Under the pieces are notes generated by a model. The model searched no databases, had not been told where the DNA came from, and was given only the letters and a program-made list of their open reading frames with translations. DNA of 60,174 nt, filler included, from Squatina squatina (lineage: Eukaryota), in NCBI GenBank assembly GCA_031763465.1. It is 3 parts of 3 records of this genome, joined end to end, with 100 filler letters (N's around TTAATTAATTAA, not from the genome) between each part and the next. Parts side by side here need not be neighbours in the genome. Positions count along the whole stretch, not along the records: positions 27,656 to 43,963 come from JARFOE010000005.1; positions 44,064 to 60,174 come from JARFOE010000013.1; 1 more part is not named here. One strand, 5' to 3'. Each line of letters opens with the position of its first letter. The first letter of the stretch is position 1. A program made the translations under genes and the position numbers. Of this stretch, positions 36,208-46,675 are shown in pieces.

Positions 36208-36995
36208 CAGCCTGGATTTTGCATTGAGAATAACGGTGAGGCTATCAGTGTTCACCGTTATTATGGGGTAAATTGGATGACAACTTATGGAGTACGCACA
36301 TACACAGTTAAACGCGCAAATCGTAAACTGCGGTCCGTGTTACCCTGCTCCTTCACAGGCTGCACTATAACGATACCTCGTCGATAGACTCGGCATTAAA
36401 ATCCCTCTAAGGGCATGAAGTTGCAGTACTTACCCACCAGTTGCCCACTAAGCATGCCAGAAAATTTTAAGTCTGGTGCAGTCAGGTGTAAGTGAACTTT
36501 TAACAGTGTGATCAGTCATAATTACTACCAAACCTCTCTGGCACTGAAAATTAAATTTTACAGGCGTGGCATCTCATTCATTCAGAATTAAATTAGTGTT
36601 GGACATTTAAAAAAAATAAAATATATATTTTATTCCTTTTTCTGTCTTTTTTGTCTCTCTCTCTCTTTCTCTCTCTTAATCCCATCTTTCACTCTCCCCC
36701 TTTACTTTGCTTTCTGTACCTGATTTGACATTGAATTAACTATTCTAACTGACACTTCCTGGTTCAGACTCTGCGCTGCTTATTAATGATTCTTCAAGCT
36801 GATTGGTTAAGGAGATACACAGTTGCTTGCCCTGTTTACACAGGTCCCTGATGCTCTGTAGAGGGTACTGGGCTTTTTGGCTCTCTAATTTACAGTAAAA
36901 TTGCAGCATAAAATCCCACAGAAAGTCTATAGGCAAGGGCAAGTGCAATGAACAGCTTGCGCCGTTCATTTGATGCTGACCACAAAAACCAGCCC
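36208..36995. mobile_element. ~790-bp non-autonomous DNA transposon (Harbinger-like)
   Basis: Termini (CAG)CCTGGATTTTGC / CAAAAACCAGCCC. The subterminal hairpin AATAACGGTGA...TCACCGTTATT is also present at 44713-44750. Confidence 0.65.
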
Positions 36996-37789
36996 ATCGT
37001 TTCTCAGTGAAATAATCAGACACTTTACCTGCCATAATGTGAATAATGTTATCATAATAAAATATAATTGCAAACTTTACTGCAAAAATATTGGTAATTT
37101 TGCACTTGGATAGTTGAAAAATGTACATCTAAAAGATAACAAGGTTGCACGGCACTTAGAAAATAAAAGTAGTTTTGTCAAGAATGTAAGTGCTGGCAAA
37201 GTTGGTAATAGATGCATAAAACAACACGTATATTTTTATATTTTGTCACTAGTATGGTTTAAATGTGCATACATTTCCTGTACACTATCCAAATTATGTA
37301 ATCTATATTTTCTTCTGTTGCTAAAAGCTTCAGCTTCTATCTTCCTGAAGTACAGACAGCTGTTCCCACAGCTATGATGAAAATTTCCAGTGTTAAGTTG
37401 ATCAAGTTCCTTGTATAATGACGTGGTTCAATTATAACTATCTGGATAAACACAGCCGAAGCGGCATTCATTGAACGCTAAAAAGAATCTAAAAGGTCTC
37501 GCAGTGAGGATAGATTGATTGTATTCAAATAGACATTGCCAAGACTATCATGGAAGTGCATCTTTAGTGAAGCCCAAATGAATCCCTACACTACGCCAGT
37601 TTCCTTGATTGTCTCCCTGTGAGTGTGTCTGTTCTTTGGTTTTATAATAATAACTATTGCTCCCATACATAAATGAAACTTGACAAAGCCCCACCCAAAA
37701 AGCACAGATTCACAAGAATAAGTCCAAGGCTTTAAAGTGCTAAATTATGAGGACACATTGCATGAACATGGCTTATATTCACTTGAGTG

Positions 37790-38115
37790 CAATTGAGGTC
37801 TTTAAAATAATAAAGTGATTCGATAGGGTAGCTACAATTACGCTATTTCCTCTGGTGAGCGAATCTAGAATAAAGGGACATAATCTTAAAGTTAGAGCTG
37901 GGCCATTCAGGCATAAAATCAGGAAGCACTTTTTCCCCATAAAGAGTAGTTGAAATCTGGAATGCTCAGCTGTCCCCCGCACACATAAATATGTCTGTGG
38001 ATGCTAGGTCAATGAAATATTCAAGACTGGGATAGATAGATTTTTGTTCGATAAGGGTATTAGCGATATGGAGCAAAGGCAGGTAAATGGAGAAGTGTTA
38101 CAGATCAGCTGTCAT
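37790..38115 (+). mobile_element. Degenerate CR1 3' end
   Basis: ATTGAGGTCTTTAAAAT...TATTTCCTCTGGTG..GAATCTAGAA.AAGGG.CATAATCTTAAA.TTAGAGC...AGGAAGCACTTTTTC CR1 3' motifs. Confidence 0.75.
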
Positions 38116-38120
38116 CTAAC

Positions 38121-38540
38121 AGAAAAAAGAAAGAAAAAGAAAACTTGGATTTCTTTTTTGCCTTTCACGACCACCAGACACCTCAAAGAGCTTTGCAGCA
38201 CTTTTTGGAGTGTAGTCACCGTTGTAATGTAGGAAACGTGGCTGCCAATTTGCGCCCACAAACAGTCATTTGATAATGACCAGATAATCTGTTTTTGTTA
38301 TGTTGATTGAGGGATAAATATGGGCCAGAACATCAGGGATAACTCCCCTGCACTTCTTTGAAATAGTGCCATGAGATCTTTTACATCCACCTGAGAGAGC
38401 AGACGGGACCTTGGTTAGCGTCTCATCCGAAAGACGGCACCTCTGACATGGCAGCACTCCCTCAGCATTGCACTGGGGTGTCAGTCTAGATTTTTGGTGC
38501 TCAAGCCCCTGGAGCGGGTGTTGAACCCACAACCTTCTGA
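38121..38540 (-). mobile_element. SacSINE1/DeuSINE
   Basis: Reverse complement of the 30686-31140 element, including Deu core and B box. Confidence 0.85.
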
Positions 38541-39984
38541 TCCAGCAACAGCCTGAGTCAGTGATTCACAAATATCGAAGCTGCCCAACATTCTGCTTCC
38601 ACAGAGATCAGTGAACACATTAAGGGGTTTCCCACTATAACTGACATGCCTGAAGCATACACAGCTCAGGCAGCTGGCTCTCAAGTCAATGCAATATATG
38701 TTCCATTAAGCATCATTGCACAGGTAACAGTAGAGGTATCAGAAAGGAGGCAGGACCAGCAGCCACCACAGCACTAGATCTGGCTGACTCAGATGCAGGA
38801 CCTCTGTAATTCAGGTCACAGGGCACCAAAAATCCAGCAGGCTCTCTGGGGAATCACTTAGAAGTCAGTTAGGTGGCAGATGGCACACTCAATCCATCAA
38901 CACCATAGAAAAAGTACCTTCCCAAGACATACTAACCACAGTCAGACACTGCACACTGGATGGAATACTGCACTGTATTTGATTTGAACCTAATGTTGAG
39001 TTTTTATGTGACCTTGTCCAGCAAAGGATGGAATAGTTAGTATTTCAAGAGTTGCACAGGGCAGTAAAGGAGAAGGTGGCTTGGGGNNNNNNNNNNNNNN
39101 NNNNNNNNNNNNNNNNNNNNNNNNNNNNNNNNNNNNNNNNNNNNNNNNNNNNNNNNNNNNNNNNNNNNNNNNNNNNNNNNNNNNNNNNNNNNNNNNNNNN
39201 NNNNNNNNNNNNNNNNNNNNNNNNNNNNNNNNNNNNNNNNNNNNNNNNNNNNNNNNNNNNNNNNNNNNNNNNNNNNNNNNNNNNNNNNNNNNNNNNNNNN
39301 NNNNNNNNNNNNNNNNNNNNNNNNNNNNNNNNNNNNNNNNNNNNNNNNNNNNNNNNNNNNNNNNNNNNNNNNNNNNNNNNNNNNNNNNNNNNNNNNNNNN
39401 NNNNNNNNNNNNNNNNNNNNNNNNNNNNNNNNNNNNNNCAAGTCCCAATGGCAGAACAGGCTCGAGGGGCTGAGTGGCCTCCATCTGCCCCTCTGTTCTT
39501 AAGTTCCAAACAAAGAAAAATTGAATGTCATTTCCATAAGCAGACGAGTGGTGCTTGGACATACAGAATCACATCTACACGAACAGTCGTTGCCATCCTC
39601 TGCTGCGTTCAGCTGATGAAGACTGAAGCACTTTCAACTGAATTCTTATTCTTTAACTGCAATATACAATGCCCAGAGGGAATATTCATCAAAGGGACTT
39701 GACGTTATCTTGGTTAGCAACCATCCAGACCTCAATGTAGGCTGGCATTGGACCAGCTTGTTAAAAAGTCTCGCAAATGGCTCAGTCTGTCATTGCAGTA
39801 TTAATTGAACGTCAGCTCAATCTGATTCTCTGCGTTAAGGAATGACAGTCTTTATCATTTCTGGAATATACATGTCTTGATTTGAGCGAAACACGAAAAG
39901 TAACCTACAGTGGTAACGGAATCACAAAAATGATTCTCCCATCGATGATTCTGATATTAAATAGCCATCATTGAACTACATTGA

Positions 39985-40340
39985 AATAACAACAGCCCAT
40001 TCAGCCCAACCAGTCCACGTTAGTGTCCATCCTCCACAGGAGCAACAGACTTAGTCTCATGTATCTGCTCTGTTCCCATATCCATTTTCTTCAACCATCT
40101 ATCTCCACGTGTTCTTAAATGGTCGCATGGTCTCTACTGCAATCATTAACTCTGATCGTGCATTCCACAACCCCACACTCCTTGGTGGAAAATGCTTCTC
40201 TTGCTCACTGTCCTAAATCTCTTGCATTTAACGTATGTCTTTGTCCTTCATATTCTTTGACCCCTCAACCACTGGAAATCGTCTGTGTCTATTTTCTCCA
40301 TCCCATCCCTTCATATTTCTCAACACCTCTATCAAATCAC
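39985..40340 (-). mobile_element. Degenerate CR1 3' end
   Basis: GCCCATTCAGCCCAAC...GCATTCCACA.CCC...TATGTCTTT...CCCTTCAT.TTTCT.AACACCTCTATCAAATCACC. Confidence 0.65.
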
Positions 40341-40462
40341 CACAGCTGGAATTTTCTGTAGCNNNNNNNNNNNNNNNNNNNNNNNNNNNNNNNNNNNNNN
40401 NNNNNNNNNNNNNNNNNNNNNNNNNNNNNNNNNNNNNNNNNNNNNNNNNNNNNNNNNNNNNN

Positions 40463-40509
40463 AACGGGCCGAATGGCCTACTTCTTATGGTCTTATGGTC
40501 TTATGGTCT
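40463..40509 (+). repeat. CR1 3' tail with (TTATGGTC)3 terminal repeat
   Basis: GGGCCGAATGGCCTACTTCTTATGGTCTTATGGTCTTATGGTCT. Confidence 0.75.
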
Positions 40510-40900
40510 AACTCATTGAGGGGCACAAACTGGACGGTGACACAAAACAGATATCACATGTGCCACCAGTCATGTGGCCCATTGGATATTCAGTCCTATT
40601 CAAGTCATTGGAACCAAATATCAGACAGTGCATACGAGCGCCGGCAGATGCATTCCCGTCTGTTTTGCGTCGCGCCCAAGTCGAATTTCACCCCCATTGC
40701 TAGGAATGCTAGAAAGGGCACTGTGCAAGCAGGTCCAATTTGAGGAGAAGAGAAGGTATCACAATAAATCTTCGGCAGTCCCTATGTCAATCAAGGGTGC
40801 AGACTAGATTCCTTTCTGGCTGGAACAGCAGGCATGAGAATGAGAAGAAGCATCCTCAAGGAACTTAAAAAAGGAGGACCAAGGATACATTTCTCCAGGT

Positions 40901-41160
40901 TAGGGTGACTAGATCTGAAGATTCCCAAACCAGGACAATCAGTCTGTGCTCGTGCAGTCAGGTTTTGTCGAGATTGCGCATACGCAGTCAGGTCAACATC
41001 GAGACTGCGCATGCGCAGTTACGGCTCCATAGCGACTGTGCGTGGCGCATTCAGGGCTCTGTCTTTCGCTCCTAGAAACTGGGACATTTGAGCAATTTGA
41101 AGGTAAGTGTCCTGAAAAACCAGGACTGTCCCGGCAAAACCAGGACATCTGGTCACCCTA
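40901..41160. mobile_element. 260-bp hAT-superfamily MITE
   Basis: TIRs TAGGGTGACTAGAT / ATCTGGTCACCCTA (13/14 match); flanking 8-mers CTCCAGGT and CTCCTGAT (6/8 match) consistent with an aged 8-bp TSD. Confidence 0.8.
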
Positions 41161-42149
41161 CTCCTGATGCAATGCTGCCACTGCAGCCAGTTACCTCACC
41201 CTCACTCCTTTCATAAATCATGCTGTATTTGCACAGGAAACTGGTTAATGGTTATCAGTGAGTAACACATTGTAACCGGTGTAATTGATAAATGGACCTT
41301 GCAAACCCTTGTTGTTTAAAGAACCATGTCTGAATGATAGTTTAATCAAAATTAAACAATATTCAAAAACGTCAAGTCATTCGCTTCATAGCACAGCTTG
41401 GCTTGCTCAGCAAGTACAACTTCCACATGACCAAGCGCTGTCGCATGAAGATTCAAGCACTGGAGTTGCCGATTGACTTTCTGAAGTGGCACAGCAATGT
41501 CAATCAGCGAAATGCTATTAGGCTGATTGCTAGCCAAGTTAATTAGTTGGCACGCAATTTGCTCTGAAGGCGCACTGTAACGGTGTTAATGCGTTTGCTA
41601 CACAGGAAACATCAAAAGAGTTCAAATCATTCCAGGACACAAATATTGAATTACTGACTTATAGTGCTTCCCAACAGGCCCTGACGACAGTGCTTTGTTC
41701 ACTGTGCAAGAATAACGGCCTGTTTGTACTGAAGGTTCTGGTAACTGCACAAAACTTTGCGTTGCTCCCTAGCAACCAACTACTAAAAAGCTGCAATTAT
41801 TGATTTCATTAAGCAAAGAGGCACTGTGGTCACGCTGAGAACTTGCATGTTACAAGACAAACTATTCAGCTGCTGACAGCTGACATGATGAAGAGAATGA
41901 TTTTTCTATTAGAAGAGCCAACCTCTACAAGTTGGCTTTTAACGATCAATGCTTTATAGATCGTTACAATAAAAGAATAGATTTATTAAGATATGAAGAC
42001 CAGTTTGGCATCTGTATTTTGCTACTTTTTGCGATTCTTCATAAATATCTGAATTTGTGTTAACCAAGGTGAGGGATCACAGTGCTATAACAGAATCACC
42101 ATTATTATTTATAACGCTATAACCACTATCTGGGTCAAAATAAACTTTC

Positions 42150-42260
42150 ATTTGGAAAGTTTATCAAGGAGAGCCAGCATGGATATGCTAAAGGTAAATC
42201 ATGTCTGACTAACTTGATTGAATTCTTTGATGAGGTAACAGAGAAGGTTGATCAAGGTAG
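42150..42260 (+). mobile_element. CR1 RT fragment
   Basis: IKESQHGYAKGKSCLTNLIEFFDEVTEKVDQG (QHGF..GRSCLTNL motif). Confidence 0.85.
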
Positions 42261-43963
42261 TGGTTAAGGAGACACTTGGCAAGAAAAAAAAACATGTATA
42301 TTTATAGTCAGCAANNNNNNNNNNNNNNNNNNNNNNNNNNNNNNNNNNNNNNNNNNNNNNNNNNNNNNNNNNNNNNNNNNNNNNNNNNNNNNNNNNNNNN
42401 NNNNNNNNNNNNNNAATTTAATATTCATTAGACAGATTTTGTCTCCCTAAATTAAACATTAATTTTTAATTTAAATCTTGTAAAATTAAAGTAATACTCG
42501 TTACAATTAATGGTTTATGGCAGCTGTTTCCAGATGCTTTTATAGCAGCTTTTCAAAGAGAAATTAGCCGAAGGTTTGTGCTTAACCCCAAGAGCTGACC
42601 GACAGCTGAAGAGATGGTGGAGAGCTTAATCCTAAATTAATGGTTCAGATATCAAGTCTTGGCACGAAAAAATGATCATTTTGGGAAGTAACTTGGTCTG
42701 AAAGCTTGAAAGTGAAAGGCTGAACTCCCGAGCCAAAGGGTTGAGTATTTGCAACACAACCTTTATTGATAGTCAAACTCTCTGGCCTCCTTCAGTCACT
42801 TTTTTCAGTATGTTAATGCCTTCTACTGTGTAGTGTCACACCAATTGAAAGAGGAGGATTGGATCAAAGGAAGAGAGCAGTAAATTTTCCCAGTAGATCA
42901 ATCTAATATATCTATATAATAAATCAAATGTATGCATGCACTTCCTGTCAAGTAAAGCTAACCCTAACTCTGTAACACTTTATTCTGCCATGATTTTCAT
43001 TGACAGACATATGACTTCCATTACACTATTGCTCTCACATTTGGATTTTCCTATTGATTTCCATGAGGATGATTAATGGCTCTTTTCTTGCCCTCCGAGC
43101 TGAACTTCCCAGTTAGATGGTATGGTGGCTCCAATTTTTCCAGAAACTTACCTCTGGTTGGAAATGGTCTTGTGACATGATTGCTCTAGTCATGTCTTTA
43201 AGCTCCATTCGGCTTGCCATTTCTCCTTACTGCTCTACCTGTTACTCTCCCTCCCCAAGTCCAACCACAGCTATTGCTGCCAACCAACCCATTGAATTTT
43301 GGGCACCCCAACTCCAACCTCCCCCTCCTACTAATGCTAATTTCAGGTTGCAGTCTATTAACCGCTAAATTAGCAGTGGAGGAAGCATCAGGAGGGGGGA
43401 AAGTGGATTCTATCAGTACCTCCCATTGAAACTTCAAATCTATGGCCTCAGGTCACTGACTCCCTCTCCCAGAATCCTCCTTTGGACCTCAGGTTAGCCA
43501 CTCCCTTTTCCATACTGCCTCCCAACAAGGCCTCCCACAACATTTCCCTCTGTCCACCCTGGCCCAGATTAGCCCATCTCGCAGCTCTGAGGTGGCCTTT
43601 ACCGTTCTACGATCCTGCCCAACCTGATCCTACAGACTCCCAAGGTGGTAGTTTCCCCCACCCAACCTGAATCATTCACTTGAAAAGCCACACTCCTGGC
43701 CCTAACTAGGAATCAGCTTTTGAAGTTTGTTTTGTTCGTTCTTGGGAAGGTCGGTGTGGCCAGCATTTATTGCCCATCCCTAGTTGCCCTCGAAAAGGTG
43801 GTGATGAGCCACCTTCTTAAACTGTTGCTTTTCGTAGTGGTTGTTTACAACTGAGTGTCTTGCTGGGCCAATTCAGATGGCAGATAAGAGTCAACCACAT
43901 TGCTGTGAGTCTGGAGTCACACATAGGCCAGACCAGGTAAGGATGGCAGATTCCCTTCCCTAA

Positions 43964-44063
43964 NNNNNNNNNNNNNNNNNNNNNNNNNNNNNNNNNNNNN
44001 NNNNNNNTTAATTAATTAANNNNNNNNNNNNNNNNNNNNNNNNNNNNNNNNNNNNNNNNNNNN
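43964..44063. other. Artificial scaffold-joining spacer (44N + TTAATTAATTAA + 44N)
   Basis: Linker at 44008-44019, identical in design to 27556-27655. Confidence 0.95.
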
Positions 44064-44346
44064 AGCGGCACCCACTGGTTTCATGTAAACGAAGGAAACC
44101 TCCCCTGACTCTCTGGCAGGATCAGTGGTGGGGGTTCCTAGCCTGTGGATGAAAGGCCCATGGAAAGGTCCACGTTAGTCAGGATGAAAGGCCCATGGAT
44201 AATCGGGGCAAGCCTTTTTATTACTAATAGCACACATAATTTCAACCTTCACACATTTAAGCTTTTTGACCACAGACAATTAAAATATTTACAAATATAT
44301 CAGCTTAACTTATGCATTCTAAAAGTATGTAAAAATAAATGCTCAC

Positions 44347-44559
44347 CAGTCCATCACATTTGTCATCCCTGATTTGTATGAACTTTTGTGGATTCTGTAC
44401 ACTCTCAAACATGTAAATCTTAGGACTGACTTCATGTACCCGCAAATATGACATTTGAAATTGTTTTCCTGTTCCTAAGCAGGTTCCATCAGAAGTAATA
44501 TACAGACTCTGGTAAAGACTAGTATTCAGCAAAACGACTGCACCATGTTCAAATGCACC
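44347..44559 (-). CDS. RP1: RP1 downstream exon, beta-trefoil (FGF/fascin-like) segment
   Basis: tttaag|GAFEHGAVVLLNTSLYQSLYITSDGTCLGTGKQFQMSYLRVHEVSPKIYMFESVQNPQKFIQIRDDKCDGL|gtgagc, 213 nt; beta-trefoil-like repeats (L.I..DG...G; FESV..P..FI.I). Assignment to RP1 is by position and strand. Confidence 0.75.
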
Positions 44560-44693
44560 CTTAAATAATAAAAAGAAGAATGAATGGTAAAGGTAGAAAA
44601 CATTACTGGTATATAACATGTTCAGCCCAAAATAGTAGACATTAATAAATCTCAAGACGAAGATAAAATCCTATTATATGGAGTTGTTATATT

Positions 44694-44890
44694 GGGCCGG
44701 ATTTTACGGTAGAAATAATGGTGAGGCTAACAGCGTTCACCATTATTAAAGAGTAAATCGGATAGCAACTTCCAGCGACCACCCATGCGCAGTTAAAAGC
44801 AGAAATCAAAAATTACTGTCCAAGTAGCCCTGCTCCTCCAGTAGCTTCACTATAACAGTATCTCATTGAGAGACTCGGCATTGAAATATC
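44694..44890 (+). mobile_element. Left arm of the 36208-36995 element family
   Basis: GGGCCGGATTTTAC...AATAATGGTGAGGCTAACAGCGTTCACCATTATT...GAGACTCGGCATT is shared. Confidence 0.7.
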
Positions 44891-44892
44891 TT

Positions 44893-44996
44893 GGGTACGA
44901 TAGCATAGTGGTAAGTTACGGGACTAGTAATCCAGAGGCCTGGACTAATAATCTGGAGACGTGAATTCAAATTCCACCACGGCAGCTGTGGAAGAT
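44893..44996 (+). mobile_element. tRNA-derived SINE 5' end
   Basis: TAGCATAGTGG A-box-like and AATTCAAATTCC B-box-like motifs with GGACTAGTAATCCAGAG; inserted into the transposon arm. Confidence 0.6.
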
Positions 44997-45335
44997 NNNN
45001 NNNNNNNNNNNNNNNNNNNNNNNNNNNNNNNNNNNNNNNNNNNNNNNNNNNNNNNNNNNNNNNNNNNNNNNNNNNNNNNNNNNNNNNNNNNNNNNNGGTA
45101 CATTAATTAAAATTAGTTTACATTAGGAAATTGATGTAACTACTGGCAAGTTTTATAATTATTTTGCTAGCTCAGATTATAAATAGTACATAACTTCTTG
45201 TGCTTTGGTATTTTGATACTGTTCATTCCTAGAACTCCATACCACTCAGACTAAGGGGCAATTGATAGAATGTTAATAAAAATATCATGCTCTATTACCA
45301 ATTATATAGCAACATTGCATTCTAATCTTTCATAC

Positions 45336-45465
45336 CATTTTGATCGTTCTTCTCTGCAGCAGCATCCACAGTGCCATCTGGCATCAGACGTATGAACTTT
45401 CCTGTTGGTTTGCAGTAAAACTTCAAAATCCTCCCCTCCTTGAACTTCCACCTCTCAGCAGCCCA
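45336..45465 (-). CDS. RP1: RP1 downstream exon, N-terminal part of FGF-like beta-trefoil
   Basis: aatcag|WAAERWKFKEGRILKFYCKPTGKFIRLMPDGTVDAAAEKNDQN(G)|gtatga, 130 nt; resembles the FGF motif LYCxxGxFLRIxPDGxVDG. Absent from the ORF track. Confidence 0.75.
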
Positions 45466-45755
45466 CTGATTAAAGAGATAAAAGCACCACTAATTTATGG
45501 GCCGAGCAGGGAAGTAAAATTTAAGTCAACAAACACTGACTTTTAAAAATACAATCTGTGTTTAACTGTTTGCTGCTTCTGCAAAATCTAATGGGCTTTC
45601 AACATGTTTACGTGAAATTAATTCATGAAAGGGAAAAAGGGTTTCTTACAATTTCNNNNNNNNNNNNNNNNNNNNNNNNNNNNNNNNNNNNNNNNNNNNN
45701 NNNNNNNNNNNNNNNNNNNNNNNNNNNNNNNNNNNNNNNNNNNNNNNNNNNNNNN

Positions 45756-46045
45756 GTGGCCACAGCACCACGCTGCCCTGGTGGCCCAGTGGAGGCAATC
45801 AGAGACCCTGCCGAATGTGTAAGGGGAGGGGCGTTGAAACGCATCAGCGTTAGGTGGAGAAGCAGCATGGCACTGTCGATCCCGCCCAGGTAACGCCCCG
45901 GATACCACCCCAATAGGAAGTGGAGCGCGCCACATTGCGCTCCATTTCTTGTAAGGGACAGTAACCCCAATTTGCTTCCAGGGCGGGACTTCTACGCCAG
46001 GCGCGGAATGTCTGGCCCTGGAGAGGTTACCGCCCCCAACCCGGA
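45756..46045 (-). mobile_element. GC-rich Harbinger-type MITE arm
   Basis: GGAAGTGGAGCGCG...GGACAGTAACCCCAA..TGCT...GGGCGGGACTT is the reverse complement of 32360-32435. Confidence 0.65.
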
Positions 46046-46097
46046 CGATAGCCAATTTAGAGTCCTGTGTGTATATTTTAAAGTTCAAATTCCAAAC

Positions 46098-46249
46098 CTG
46101 GCCTTTCCGAAACTTCAATGGATTATTTGATCTAATAAGCTGCCTGGAGCCTGTGTCACCTCTTCTGCCATATATGATAATGAAGACATTAGCTTCTGTG
46201 CCACCATTCCAAAGATCTCCAGTTACAACAAGGACCTCATACTGAGTGA
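46098..46249 (-). CDS. RP1: RP1 downstream exon, PLAT/LH2 domain N-half
   Basis: tactttcag|TC ACT CAG TAT...GGC CAG|gtttgg, 152 nt: TQYEVLVVTGDLWNGGTEANVFIIIYGRRGDTGSRQLIRSNNPLKFRKGQ, the canonical PLAT pattern Y.V.V.TGD...AGT.ANV.I.IYG..GDTG...F..GQ. Confidence 0.85.
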
Positions 46250-46675
46250 CTGAAAGTAAAAGCTTATATTAATGTCTTGCACATCAATTTTATTTCCATA
46301 ACTTATTTACTGAATTAACATAAACTCTAACATTAGCACAGAGACAAATTACAAATAATTTATCAATCATGCTTCTGAGCTTGGGATGAACTAAAACAAC
46401 AGTAAATTCTATTTATATGCACTGGAAGACCAAGGCATTTTTCAGAGAAATGAGGAACAGATGCAAAGCCATGGGAGAGAGAGGTTAGGAGAAGTGACTG
46501 AAAGGCTATGTCAAAACATGAGTTAAAGAAAGACAGAGAAGCAAAGAAGCAGAAGGATTTAGGAAGGGGATTCCANNNNNNNNNNNNNNNNNNNNNNNNN
46601 NNNNNNNNNNNNNNNNNNNNNNNNNNNNNNNNNNNNNNNNNNNNNNNNNNNNNNNNNNNNNNNNNNNNNNNNNNN

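Noticed and set aside
46363-46575. C-terminal WNPLPKSFCFF... part of the 1385-aa ORF
   Set aside because: It lies beyond an unsized gap and is pyrimidine-rich intronic sequence upstream of the PLAT exon, not the real RP1 C-terminus.
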